A DNA stretch of 29,826 nucleotides from a virus (IMGVR_UViG_3300026026_000059:1-29826); one strand, 5' to 3'; shown: positions 9,991 through 19,871, counted from the stretch's first letter. A program made the numbers and translations. The notes: generated from the sequence alone by a model not told the origin.

Positions 9991-12005
9991 TGGCAAACGA
10001 TTTCACAAATATGGTCTTTGATCCGGCAACCGGTCAAACGAAGCGTAAAACCCTTCCCTACCTGAACCCGAATGAGACTTCACAAGGGTATTTGCCATAC
10101 GTGGGAGATCAGCAGAATGCAACTCCCGGGTCACTTGCACAAGGAAACTCTAATGTCATGGGCGCCGCTCAACAGACGGCACTATCACCGCAACAGTCTA
10201 AACCGATCCAGGATCAAACTACGCAGATGACACAGAAACTTATGACTGATCCGAACATGGGGCGGGATTGGCAAAAGTATAATGCGGGGGCAATGTCAAA
10301 ATTTGACGTCGATCGGGCTTCAGGAATTCAGCAATTTAAAGAATCGAATGCGGGAATGGGGGGTGCCGGACAAGTTGATGACAACCTCATTAAATTGGCT
10401 CTTCAGCAAAACGTAGATCGCGGAACTCTTGAAAACGATCTTGAAAATCAAGCATATCAGGAAGGCATGAAAAATTACATTCAGGCGCTCGGTCAAGGCC
10501 GTGAACAGGGGCAATATCTCGATCAATCTCAACAGGACGCCCTTGACAATATCTTGAAGGTACGGAGTGCCTACGAAGGCGAACGTTCACAGACTCAGCA
10601 AATCGCCAGTACCGAAAAACTCGCCGCAGATCAGAATTATCTGCAGCAGCAGGGAATTGATCTTCAAAAAGCCGGAATGTATGGGTATACCGGAGCTGAT
10701 GGACAACACGTCTACGGAAGCGCGGAAATAGCGGCTCAAAAACTTGGTTTAGAAAGCAAGGACCTTCAGAATCAAACCACGGAACTTTTCGGAGGAATGG
10801 TTGATACCAACGGAGACGGAGTGCCCGATAAACAGATTTTTGGGAAATACGATGCGTTGAACAATGAAGATAAACGTGCGGCGGATGAATTGTACGGATA
10901 TGACGTCAAGGACTCTATAGGCAATGTGGTAGGGCACGTAAATGGATCTTTGCAACTGCAAAATGATAAGGCCGATATCGAAAAGCAGGGTCTCGATATG
11001 GATAAGGCGAAAATTTACGGTTATGACAAGGCCGACGGTACCCATATTGATGGAGAACTCGATGCGGCCATGAAACAGCAGGGAATTGACCTTGAACGCC
11101 TTGGAATTGACAAAAATACCGCCTACGGATACGCACAGACCGACGCAAACGGCAATCCCGTACTCGATGCCAACGGACAACCAGTAAGAGTAAAGGGTGC
11201 ACTTGAAATGCAAGTAGAAAAGCTCGGAGTGGATAAGATGCTCGCAGAGCTTGAAGCCAAGAAAGTAAACACGGAAGAAATAGAGTCAACCTACAATTTC
11301 ATTACCAATGAGATCGACGCTGGACGCGCTTCACCGAATAGTGCGATTGATTATCTGAATGGGCAATTAAGCAAAAACGGAGTATCTCTTACTACTGCGG
11401 ATAAAGATGCGATTTATGGGGAAATTGCTCAAGATTTCAAGGTGCAGCAATACCAGTACGCTTTATCCAATCCCTCAATGGCTCAGTATGATAATGCCGG
11501 AAAATTCATAGGGTTGACAGACGCGGGGAATAAGGCTTTCGGAAATTACGTAAGCACTACACTTTATGGAAAACAACCGGCGACGGGAGGCGTAGATGTT
11601 ACGGGATACAAACTCGAAAATGGTAAAGTAACCGATTCGACAGGTAAAGAGATAACCCCTGATAATTTGTCGGTTGCATTGAGAAATGCCGACGATCCCA
11701 CGAATCAGAACAATCAGATTTATTCTCAAATGGCTTCTACGGCAAAGACGTTGAGCCCGAGAATAAATAAAGCATCGAACAACACGCTTTCTCTCGATGG
11801 AGCATCTAAGGGGGATGTGGTGAATGCTGGCGGAAGACTTATGATAATAACCAACGGTCCCATTTGGTCTACATCGGGTAGAAACCACGATGAATTCGAG
11901 ATTATGGACGTTGCAACAGGGACCAAGAAGCTTTTCACAGGGTTGACTTCGACAGACAATTCGGTATTAAATTTTGATTCTTGGGTAACATCCTTAACGG
12001 CATAG
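9990..12005 (+). CDS. Probable internal virion (ejection) protein with internal repeats
   Basis: Q/G/A/N-rich helical protein after the tail genes; start reassigned to ATG 9990, which overlaps the upstream TGA; repeated (L/M/I/A)YGY units. Confidence 0.6.
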   Translation: MANDFTNMVFDPATGQTKRKTLPYLNPNETSQGYLPYVGDQQNATPGSLAQGNSNVMGAAQQTALSPQQSKPIQDQTTQMTQKLMTDPNMGRDWQKYNAGAMSKFDVDRASGIQQFKESNAGMGGAGQVDDNLIKLALQQNVDRGTLENDLENQAYQEGMKNYIQALGQGREQGQYLDQSQQDALDNILKVRSAYEGERSQTQQIASTEKLAADQNYLQQQGIDLQKAGMYGYTGADGQHVYGSAEIAAQKLGLESKDLQNQTTELFGGMVDTNGDGVPDKQIFGKYDALNNEDKRAADELYGYDVKDSIGNVVGHVNGSLQLQNDKADIEKQGLDMDKAKIYGYDKADGTHIDGELDAAMKQQGIDLERLGIDKNTAYGYAQTDANGNPVLDANGQPVRVKGALEMQVEKLGVDKMLAELEAKKVNTEEIESTYNFITNEIDAGRASPNSAIDYLNGQLSKNGVSLTTADKDAIYGEIAQDFKVQQYQYALSNPSMAQYDNAGKFIGLTDAGNKAFGNYVSTTLYGKQPATGGVDVTGYKLENGKVTDSTGKEITPDNLSVALRNADDPTNQNNQIYSQMASTAKTLSPRINKASNNTLSLDGASKGDVVNAGGRLMIITNGPIWSTSGRNHDEFEIMDVATGTKKLFTGLTSTDNSVLNFDSWVTSLTA

Positions 12006-12013
12006 GTGAAAAT

Positions 12014-12466
12014 ATGGATTGGCTTGACGAATACCAAAAGTGGAAAAACAGTGGATGGGGTTATCAACCTACAACCGGATCTTCTTCCGTTACCTCTCCG
12101 ACGACAACCGCACAATCCGGAACCATAACATCGAGGTATGGGGATTCCGATAAAGACGGCGGCGGAGGTGGCGGGGGAGGAATGAGCATGGGAGATATGT
12201 TCACCAATCTTGGAGACAAGATTCAGAATAATTCCCTTAAAACAATCGGAATGTTTACCGACATGCGAAATGCCGACCGTGACCGGCGTCGGCAGGCTAT
12301 GCTTGATGCTGAAGCAAAGAGAGAATTTGATGTTGGGGCGGCACAATCCGGAAGAAATGCCAACTTGAACGCTATGGAATTTCTCGCAAACGCTCGAACC
12401 GGAGCGCAGGGAATGGCGAATCGAAGACTTCCTTTTAAAGACGCCCTTGCGACACTGGTGAGGTGA
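12014..12466 (+). CDS. Probable small ejection protein
   Basis: Start MDWLDEY after an AGGTG RBS; Gly/Thr-rich; lies in the ejection-protein cluster. Confidence 0.55.
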   Translation: MDWLDEYQKWKNSGWGYQPTTGSSSVTSPTTTAQSGTITSRYGDSDKDGGGGGGGGMSMGDMFTNLGDKIQNNSLKTIGMFTDMRNADRDRRRQAMLDAEAKREFDVGAAQSGRNANLNAMEFLANARTGAQGMANRRLPFKDALATLVR

Positions 12467-13677
12467 AAATGCCAAAAATGCTTATTTATGAAAGCAAGTT
12501 GCTTCCTGGGGTCACATTCAAATCATATGACGAAGCGCTCCAGGCAGAGGAGAATTTAAACAAACGACAGAACGAATCTTCTGCCATGGAAGCGATCGGA
12601 AAGTATACCGGGACCGCAAGCCCGGCAATGGCGGCCGCAAGCCAAGCCGGTCCAGATGCATGGGCCACGGCGCCCAAAGATGATTTGCAGAAAATATCCG
12701 AAGGCCAGGTCCTCAATGAAATGTATGGCAAAAATCCGATAGGAATGGCTCGGGATTATGGCATTACCGCCAACCCTGCGGAACCGGCAAAAGCGTTTGT
12801 GGGAAATCTGAAAGATGAATCCGATTTACAGGCTAAATTCGATTTACAGAAAAGTGAAGCGGAGAATAAGAAAGAATTTCAACAGAATCAAATAGAAGCG
12901 GCTAACCAAAGGGCAAAAGAGGCGATCGACGCTGAAAATAAAAGAAATACCGAATCAATTCAAGGGCGCAAAGATATCGCTGCTATGATTCATTCAAGTA
13001 ATGATTTTCAAGAGCAAGATATCAAGCCTGGAAGCCTTGAGGACATAATAGCCCAAAAACTTGCTACCGGTAACCTTCCTTTTTCTGAATTCGTAAAGAC
13101 ATATCCGGGATTTTCAAAAAATGCTATTAAAAGGGCGGCCATTCTTGGTCGTGCCTATGAAATAAATCCCGATTTAAACATCGCAGAACAGCAACTTTCT
13201 TATAAATGGGGAGGAAATCCAGCGGCAACCAAAACTATCGCGGCCGCGAATAATGCTCTGGCGAATATTGATAAAATGGTTGACCTGTCCGATCAATGGA
13301 AACGTACCGGTTCTCCGTTATTCAACAAACTATTGAAAGAAGGTCAATTTCAGATTGGAAATCAAACGGTCTCAAATATCAAGGAGATGCAGATAGCGGT
13401 CGGGGACGAAGTGGCTGGAGTTCTTGGATACGGAACATCTTCTGATCTTAAGACGAAACTCGGACTTGACCTAATGGACCCAAACATTTCCCCGGAAAAT
13501 TTTCAATCGAACATGAAAATATTGAAGCATCTTCTGGATACTCGAAGGCAGACAATGGCGGAGCCGATGGGGAGTTATGCGGAACGTCCTGGAATAAGAT
13601 CGGTGAACAAAGAAGAGGCTCCCTCTTCCGATTCTTCGGGAACAACATCTTCAGGAAATAGGTTTATATGGCAGTAA
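12463..13677 (+). CDS. Probable ejection (DNA transfer) protein
   Basis: 404 aa helical, Ala/Gln-rich protein in the ejection-protein cluster. Confidence 0.55.
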   Translation: MKMPKMLIYESKLLPGVTFKSYDEALQAEENLNKRQNESSAMEAIGKYTGTASPAMAAASQAGPDAWATAPKDDLQKISEGQVLNEMYGKNPIGMARDYGITANPAEPAKAFVGNLKDESDLQAKFDLQKSEAENKKEFQQNQIEAANQRAKEAIDAENKRNTESIQGRKDIAAMIHSSNDFQEQDIKPGSLEDIIAQKLATGNLPFSEFVKTYPGFSKNAIKRAAILGRAYEINPDLNIAEQQLSYKWGGNPAATKTIAAANNALANIDKMVDLSDQWKRTGSPLFNKLLKEGQFQIGNQTVSNIKEMQIAVGDEVAGVLGYGTSSDLKTKLGLDLMDPNISPENFQSNMKILKHLLDTRRQTMAEPMGSYAERPGIRSVNKEEAPSSDSSGTTSSGNRFIWQ

Positions 13678-15644
13678 CCAAAACGTTAAAAGATAACGTC
13701 ACGGGAAAGACGTATACTTTTAATTTTGAATCCGAACCTACAGAACAGGATTTGAATGAAGCGGTTGCGCATGTTCAATCTATTGTCTCTCAACAACCGA
13801 AACCTCCCGAACCTTCTTACGACCAGCTAGTTCAATCAGACGCCGACAGGCTTGGCGTAAAATCACTTGAAAGCCAAAAACGCGATCCTGGTGCAATCAA
13901 TAGTGTTCTTGCCCCGGTCAGACAATTTACCGGGACTGTTTCTTCTATGATCAATCAGACGTTGCCTTATCGCGCGTTGGGAAAGGGGATTGAATATCTC
14001 GGAAAGGGAATAGGATATGTTCTCCCCCAAGGAGTAAAAAAAGAACTTGGTAATTTCGCCGCAGGAGTAAAACAGGGGTTCGACGAATATCTATCTGAAC
14101 CGGTAAAAAACGCGGTAGGAATCGCTGGGGATGTCTTAAATGTTGTCCCAGGATCAGTTGGAGTAGAACAATTGGGAAGGCGCGCTCCGGCCGTGGTGAC
14201 GGGACTTATCGATAAGGGTACAGGTAGACTTGCAAGCGAACTTTCGGGAGTTTCTGAAGAGGCTCTCCGCAAAGCCGGAACCGGATTTGGGAAAGGTGCC
14301 AAGGAACTCAAGGCGGCTGCGGGCACCCAGGAGACTATCGGGCATGACCTTGTTCAAAAAATTCGTAATCTTGATGAATACCTCCCGGAAAAGCAGGTGA
14401 TTAAAGACGCCATTCAAAAAATACCTGATGTGAACAGCAACGAAATAATATCCAATCTTCAAAGCCGAAAGGTGCCTGAAAATTTATCCGTCGCCGATGA
14501 CATTGCGGCAAACAGTAAAATTGATGAATGGTCGGCTATGATTCTAAAAAATGCCGATGCAAACGGAGTTGTGCCAGCTCAAAAACTTCTCGATATCCGC
14601 AAACGGATGGATTCAAAGATTGAAGATGCTTTCGGGAAAGAATCAAATGATTATATGACGGCGTTGAAAATGGCTCGACATGATATTGCTCAAGGGCTTG
14701 TAAAATCAGCGGAAGAAAGCGGTGTGCCGGAATATTCGGTCGCCATGAAATCAATGGCAGATAAACTTCAAAAGGTGGACGCCCTTAAGGATTGGCTTGG
14801 CAAAAGCGCAAAGACACAGGATTCTCGAGCGCAACAGTTTATTTCTACGCTTTTCGGGAAAAATAAAGCGACCCGACAACGGGTTGTTCAAGATTTATCT
14901 GATATTTTCGGAAGGGATTTCATAAAAGAATCAAAATTGGCGTCACTTGCTGCAGAATTAGGTGAAAACGGAGTTCCCGGACTATTGCCGCGTCAGTTCA
15001 CCGGAAGATCAGCGCTTGGTCCTGTTCTTTCCGGTACACTCTCGACTCAATTTCACAATCCGGCGGTATGGACACTGGCGGCACTTTCCTCTCCGCGCAT
15101 CGCCGCAGGGGCCGTTTCCGGTACCGGGGTCTTGAATAGAATTGGACAAGGCATAAACTCAATAGGAAAACCCGGTAGATTTAATCCTTCATTACGCGGT
15201 CTTTCTAGAAGCGTGGAAAAAACTATTCCTGATAATCTCCCCAATTTTCCACTTCTGGGAAACGAGAAAGGCGGAATCGGAGGCGTTCCTGATTTTATAG
15301 GAACTCCGGCAATTCGCGATCCGGAGACCGGTAAGGTTTATACCGGAAACTGGAGAGGACATAAAGACGCCATAATCAAAGGGGAAAATGGCGACATTCA
15401 AAAACGTTTGCAATGGGAACACTTCCTTGACAATTCAGGGAAACCTACTGAAAATGTAGGTTTTATTGATAAGAACGGTAACTTCATTTCTCGTGCTGAA
15501 GCGGAAAAAATAATATCGAAACCACGTTCTCCGGTTCAAATGTTCCATGATGAAGGTCTTTCTAATTTGAAAATACTCGGTGCAACCGGATTAGGTGCAG
15601 CAGGTGGACTCGCAGGATACGAATATTTTAAAAATAGGAGATAG
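13668..15644 (+). CDS. Probable large ejection protein
   Basis: 658 aa helical protein with Gly/Ala-rich amphipathic segments and a hydrophobic C-terminus (ILGATGLGAAGGLAGY). Confidence 0.6.
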   Translation: MAVTKTLKDNVTGKTYTFNFESEPTEQDLNEAVAHVQSIVSQQPKPPEPSYDQLVQSDADRLGVKSLESQKRDPGAINSVLAPVRQFTGTVSSMINQTLPYRALGKGIEYLGKGIGYVLPQGVKKELGNFAAGVKQGFDEYLSEPVKNAVGIAGDVLNVVPGSVGVEQLGRRAPAVVTGLIDKGTGRLASELSGVSEEALRKAGTGFGKGAKELKAAAGTQETIGHDLVQKIRNLDEYLPEKQVIKDAIQKIPDVNSNEIISNLQSRKVPENLSVADDIAANSKIDEWSAMILKNADANGVVPAQKLLDIRKRMDSKIEDAFGKESNDYMTALKMARHDIAQGLVKSAEESGVPEYSVAMKSMADKLQKVDALKDWLGKSAKTQDSRAQQFISTLFGKNKATRQRVVQDLSDIFGRDFIKESKLASLAAELGENGVPGLLPRQFTGRSALGPVLSGTLSTQFHNPAVWTLAALSSPRIAAGAVSGTGVLNRIGQGINSIGKPGRFNPSLRGLSRSVEKTIPDNLPNFPLLGNEKGGIGGVPDFIGTPAIRDPETGKVYTGNWRGHKDAIIKGENGDIQKRLQWEHFLDNSGKPTENVGFIDKNGNFISRAEAEKIISKPRSPVQMFHDEGLSNLKILGATGLGAAGGLAGYEYFKNRR

Positions 15645-15648
15645 ATAA

Positions 15649-16104
15649 ATGATAAAATTACTTTTGGTTTTTATTTTATTATTGTCAAGTTGTTCGAAAA
15701 AGGTCATCACCGAAGACGATATCGCTCTATCTTTACAGGCAATGGCTTCGAACAATGATTCCGTGATGGAATTTCCCGAAAAACAACCTGCAGTAATATC
15801 CATGGAGAAATTCAAAACTCTCGTTACCGTTTATTTCAAATTCGATTCCTATGAAATTCAAAAAAGTGAAGAATGGAAGATGTCAAATATTTCCCAACCA
15901 GTTGAACTCATAGGAGGGTGTTGCCCGATCGGGACTGACTATTACAATTACACCCTTGGATTGCACCGGGCAATGATTGTCAGAGAATACCTGAAAAATC
16001 GAGGCATTGAAATTATTACCTACAAATCAGTAGGTAAACGAAATTTGGTTACTGCTGATAGTAATGAATATGGTCTCAATCGAAGATGCGAAATAAGGTA
16101 CTGA
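15649..16104 (+). CDS. OmpA/Pal-like peptidoglycan-binding lipoprotein
   Basis: Lipobox LLSS-C; OmpA_C-like motifs VYFKFDS, G..YNYTLGLHRA..VREYL and NRRCEI. Confidence 0.85.
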   Translation: MIKLLLVFILLLSSCSKKVITEDDIALSLQAMASNNDSVMEFPEKQPAVISMEKFKTLVTVYFKFDSYEIQKSEEWKMSNISQPVELIGGCCPIGTDYYNYTLGLHRAMIVREYLKNRGIEIITYKSVGKRNLVTADSNEYGLNRRCEIRY

Positions 16105-17165
16105 TGAAAGGGTTCATTTTTTTCATTCTGTTAATCGCTTCCTGTTTCGGGGAGTTTCTAGAAACGGACAGTATTTTAGGGAATAGCCATAAAATACAGG
16201 CCAACGACACCTTTTTATTAAAGATTAAACCAATTACTACTCACCCGAAAACCATCGCCTGTTTCGACAGTGCGAGCGGAATCGTGAAGCAGTGCTCGAC
16301 TTCGATGGTAGGTGCGGCCCCTTACGATTCCGCGGGGAAGGCTCATTACGCCGATTCTTCGGGTCTTTGCCATTTGGCAGATACAACAAAGCGTTTTGGA
16401 TCTATTACAGGACATGGCCGAGCGGATAGTACGTACTATGCATGGCGCCTACGGCATTATGTCACTCCGTGGAAATTTGAGTATTCATCTCCAGGATATT
16501 CAAACGGGGATTCTCTCGCCGTCGATATTGCACAAAACGACGGATATAATTATTTAGCATGGTCAACCCAGCCAGAAAATGCAAATAATCACGCGTTACA
16601 ATTGCGAGGATATTCAACCGGTACAGCAAGTGGTTACAACAATGGAGCGTATTTACAGCTTTTTGGGGACCAAACAGGATCTGGAGTTAAAGCCAAATTG
16701 TGTTTTATCGATTATTCATCAGCGGAATATAACTATGGGATCAATACATACAACGGATATGATTATTTCGATTTTATTCGAAGGGGAAATTACAATAGAT
16801 TTTCATTTTGCAGTATGATAAGAACCTCTCCGCTTCGAATCAAATGGCATTGGACGGTTGACGATACGACAGGACAGTTTTTTTTAAACGATTCCTCTAC
16901 GCTTGCCGACTCTATCCGCCCATGGCTTCCGGTCGACATCCGGCACGGCGGGCTTCAAATAGACACGTTATCGGAAATGACAAACACCGATTCAATAGCA
17001 TGTTTCGACGCTTCCCATTTGGTGAGAAGGATAACCAAGGTGAATTTAAAGACCGGATTGGGATTTACATGCGATAGTCTTCGAATGTATGATGGAACAA
17101 ATGATACGTTAAATGTGTATTCAGGCGGCAAGATCTGGAAATTTTTACCGATCTCGAATCAATGA
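16104..17165 (+). CDS. Signal-peptide-bearing fibre-like protein
   Basis: Start reassigned to ATG 16104 (MKGFIFFILLIASCFG); duplicated IACFD(S)AS motif and A.YADS-type repeats seen in fibre shafts. Confidence 0.55.
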   Translation: MKGFIFFILLIASCFGEFLETDSILGNSHKIQANDTFLLKIKPITTHPKTIACFDSASGIVKQCSTSMVGAAPYDSAGKAHYADSSGLCHLADTTKRFGSITGHGRADSTYYAWRLRHYVTPWKFEYSSPGYSNGDSLAVDIAQNDGYNYLAWSTQPENANNHALQLRGYSTGTASGYNNGAYLQLFGDQTGSGVKAKLCFIDYSSAEYNYGINTYNGYDYFDFIRRGNYNRFSFCSMIRTSPLRIKWHWTVDDTTGQFFLNDSSTLADSIRPWLPVDIRHGGLQIDTLSEMTNTDSIACFDASHLVRRITKVNLKTGLGFTCDSLRMYDGTNDTLNVYSGGKIWKFLPISNQ

Positions 17166-17176
17166 GAGGATAATCT

Positions 17177-17506
17177 ATGACGGAACGACGAGTAGGAACG
17201 TTGACGTTTAAAAAGACGCATCTTACATGGGGCGGACTTGGTGTTGTCATCGCCACGATCACCGGAGGATGGGTTCTTTGCGATCGCATGACCGCCTACG
17301 CTCAACAGAACCTCGTGATTCCCCCTGCGAAGTTAGTGGTTGATAGCGCATGCCGAGTGTCGCGTGCTGAAAGCGATAGAAAATTTGAATTGATTTTGAT
17401 GCGGCTTGATAGTTTACAAATATCTGTCGATAAGATCGGGACCGCACTCGTTCAGCATGTTGGGAAAGAGCAGTTCAAAAGAGCACAAATTGTCAAGGTA
17501 TGGTGA
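17177..17506 (+). CDS. Single-TM protein with coiled coil (holin/spanin-like candidate)
   Basis: One hydrophobic segment followed by 'DRKFELILMRLDSLQISVDKI'. Confidence 0.5.
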   Translation: MTERRVGTLTFKKTHLTWGGLGVVIATITGGWVLCDRMTAYAQQNLVIPPAKLVVDSACRVSRAESDRKFELILMRLDSLQISVDKIGTALVQHVGKEQFKRAQIVKVW

Positions 17507-18480
17507 TGAACAATAGAATCATATTGTCGTTATTCGTGATTTCCCTTACGGCAACGTTTTTTTGCTTTAGTCGTCAGACAGTGTGTTTGAATAACGAAAT
17601 GCAATTCCAATTCAAAACGCAATGTTTCCTCTCTTTCGACGCGGGAGGATTGCCGTTATACCAGGAGAAGGTTCGCCCGGCGTGGAGAGGTCGGTTGTTT
17701 TCCAATGGAATGGCGAACGTGTTCATGTCAATATTAAAAGTAAATCCCGAGATCGTTCGAAGTGCAAAAATAGCCCTTAAAGATTTCAACCGTTTTGCCG
17801 ACACGGTTGCCGCATGGAATACACTTTGGTTTATTGCGTCTTTCCTGCTTATAATTAAGTTGTCAAAAAATAAACCTGTCGCAGTGTTCGGGGTATTTGC
17901 ATGCATGATGTACGCCTTTACTCCTCGGGCAGACAACCTCATTCAGCCATGGGATGGACCGGCATTGTTTTTCTATTCCTTGATAATTGGGTTATCTCTT
18001 TCCAGAAATAGAAAATGGATCGCCGTGATTATTCCTTTGGCGGTAGGATTCAAAGAAACGGCGCTCGTACTTGCATTCCTTCCGTTGTTCTGGTCGGAAT
18101 GGAACCTCAACCGGAGATTGGTTTTTTCGGCTTTGATTATTTCTTTTGGGGTATCGGTAAAAATTGTACTTGATGCAATCTCGGGATGTCCTATACCTTT
18201 TCTCACAATGCAGACTCACTATGATACGATAAATCGATTTCATCATTATTGGTCAATAGCCCAAAATGTCGATTTTTTATTAATTCCGTCTATAAATCAC
18301 CCGTTATTCGCAATAGGCGGATTGTTGATGATCATTTTTGGTTCGCCACTTTGTCGAGGATTTAAAACGATAGCGGTGATTCATATTGCTGGAATTTTCA
18401 TGTTCTGCATAATCAATGAATCCCGTCTTTTTCAGGAACTTATTCCATTATACTTTTTAGGATTAAAAAATGAACGATGA
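17500..18480 (+). CDS. Polytopic membrane protein, possibly GT-C-fold glycosyltransferase-like
   Basis: About 8-9 hydrophobic segments with conserved-looking polar loop motifs (RPAWRGR, QPWD, KET, ESR). Confidence 0.55.
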   Translation: MVMNNRIILSLFVISLTATFFCFSRQTVCLNNEMQFQFKTQCFLSFDAGGLPLYQEKVRPAWRGRLFSNGMANVFMSILKVNPEIVRSAKIALKDFNRFADTVAAWNTLWFIASFLLIIKLSKNKPVAVFGVFACMMYAFTPRADNLIQPWDGPALFFYSLIIGLSLSRNRKWIAVIIPLAVGFKETALVLAFLPLFWSEWNLNRRLVFSALIISFGVSVKIVLDAISGCPIPFLTMQTHYDTINRFHHYWSIAQNVDFLLIPSINHPLFAIGGLLMIIFGSPLCRGFKTIAVIHIAGIFMFCIINESRLFQELIPLYFLGLKNER

Positions 18481-19264
18481 ACGCCTTTCCGATCCGGCAT
18501 ACTATTTTCCCTTTTGCGCGCTTGCGGCTCATTATAAAGAGGGCGCGTTTATCGAGGATGCGATTTTAGATCCTCATCATGGATGGCTACCTGGGGCAAC
18601 AGTACATCGTTTCTGGCATGAGGAAACGCTCGACTTCTCCTATGCGATCGAACATGGTGGTTGGCTACTGATCGTCAGCCTTGGGACCGAGGGGGGGCTT
18701 TTTGGTCCCGGATGGAAATCTGACCTTTCCCCGCAGATCGAAATGCCGGAATTTAAAAAACTCGGTGGCCACGTTGATTTCATTCAGGCGGGGCAACGTG
18801 TTGCAGATCATTTCCGAGACCTGATAATTGCATACGGTATGACTGTTGTTCAGATCGGCCATTCCCGGGGGGCTGCGGAAGCCATTGCTGGGGCGTGGAG
18901 GATCAATAGGCTTGGAGGCGATCTTCCGTCCCGGGTGATCTCCTACTGCGGTCCAGCGGTGTTTGATCACGAAACGTCCGATGTCTATGATAAGAGCGGT
19001 CTCGGCGGAGCCACAATCAGAATGACCATGCACCATGATCCGGTAGATCTTGCCGGGCTGCCGTTTTTAAAACACGTCGGAACCGAATTACCAATGCCGA
19101 ATATCGAGACAACCGCGGAAAAAGCGCATGGTATCGTCGGTCAAATTGCCTATGGTCACGCCTACTCGAGCGTTTTCGAATGCCTGATCGAATACCATAA
19201 ACAACGCGGAGAATTGAGAGAGGTGAAATACCTCGAAGATAGAAAGTGGGTTTGTACGGTATGA
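18470..19264 (+). CDS. Class-3 lipase-like alpha/beta hydrolase
   Basis: Nucleophile elbow GHSRG, oxyanion-type 'SLGTE', 'GHVDF', acid 'DPV' and His in 'GHAY'. Confidence 0.85.
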   Translation: MNDERLSDPAYYFPFCALAAHYKEGAFIEDAILDPHHGWLPGATVHRFWHEETLDFSYAIEHGGWLLIVSLGTEGGLFGPGWKSDLSPQIEMPEFKKLGGHVDFIQAGQRVADHFRDLIIAYGMTVVQIGHSRGAAEAIAGAWRINRLGGDLPSRVISYCGPAVFDHETSDVYDKSGLGGATIRMTMHHDPVDLAGLPFLKHVGTELPMPNIETTAEKAHGIVGQIAYGHAYSSVFECLIEYHKQRGELREVKYLEDRKWVCTV

Positions 19265-19365
19265 AAAAGAAAGTTTTCCACACGATCCCGTGGGTTAAAA
19301 AGTGGTTTAGACGCGGCATTCAAATCGGGAGAGAGATCCGACGCGAATGCAATAAATTCAATTAG
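19261..19365 (+). CDS. Small cationic amphipathic peptide (34 aa), missing from the ORF track
   Basis: MKKKVFHTIPWVKKWFRRGIQIGREIRRECNKFN; ATGA overlap with the lipase stop codon. Confidence 0.5.
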   Translation: MKKKVFHTIPWVKKWFRRGIQIGREIRRECNKFN

Positions 19366-19392
19366 TCATATGCGGAGAAAAGGAGTGATGAA

Positions 19393-19638
19393 ATGGAGGA
19401 CGTAAAAAATGTCGATATGTTGGTTCGAGAACTTTCCAGGTTAATTATTGAATTCGGCAATGAGGTGGTTTTAGGTGGACCTTTGAAAGTTGACCTTATC
19501 GAGTTTTCCAGAAAAACTTCTCTTTATAAAATGCTCGAATCTAATGTAAACCTTCGCCTTCTGATAATGCATAAATTATACAAAATGTTCAATGAGGATT
19601 ACATTCAAACCCTTTTTATAGAACTGTGGGGTGGATAA
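19393..19638 (+). CDS. Hypothetical protein
   Basis: AGGAG RBS; 81 aa. Confidence 0.6.
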   Translation: MEDVKNVDMLVRELSRLIIEFGNEVVLGGPLKVDLIEFSRKTSLYKMLESNVNLRLLIMHKLYKMFNEDYIQTLFIELWGG

Positions 19639-19871
19639 TGTGGAAACAGTTTATAGATCAAATGCTTTGCATTGACGGTCGTCTATCAATGACCAAGCTC
19701 GGTGCTGCAATCAAATCGATGCCGGTTTATCTCGGTGCATCGGTCGCGGGGATATCGTTATTTTCAGGTAATGGGAAAACCGCCCTCTCCATCGGTATCG
19801 CCTCGGCCGTACTTCGAGGGGTTGGAGAATGGATCGAAAAGGCCGGTGAACGGAACGCGATGAAAGGGTAA
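19638..19871 (+). CDS. Holin-like small membrane protein
   Basis: Start at the TAATG overlap; 'DGRLSMTK' followed by two hydrophobic segments and a charged C-terminus. Confidence 0.5.
   Translation: MWKQFIDQMLCIDGRLSMTKLGAAIKSMPVYLGASVAGISLFSGNGKTALSIGIASAVLRGVGEWIEKAGERNAMKG

Noticed and set aside
12158-12181. Poly-Gly-encoding G-rich run as a phase-variable tract
   Set aside because: Mixed Gly codons indicate a protein linker rather than a homopolymer slippage tract.
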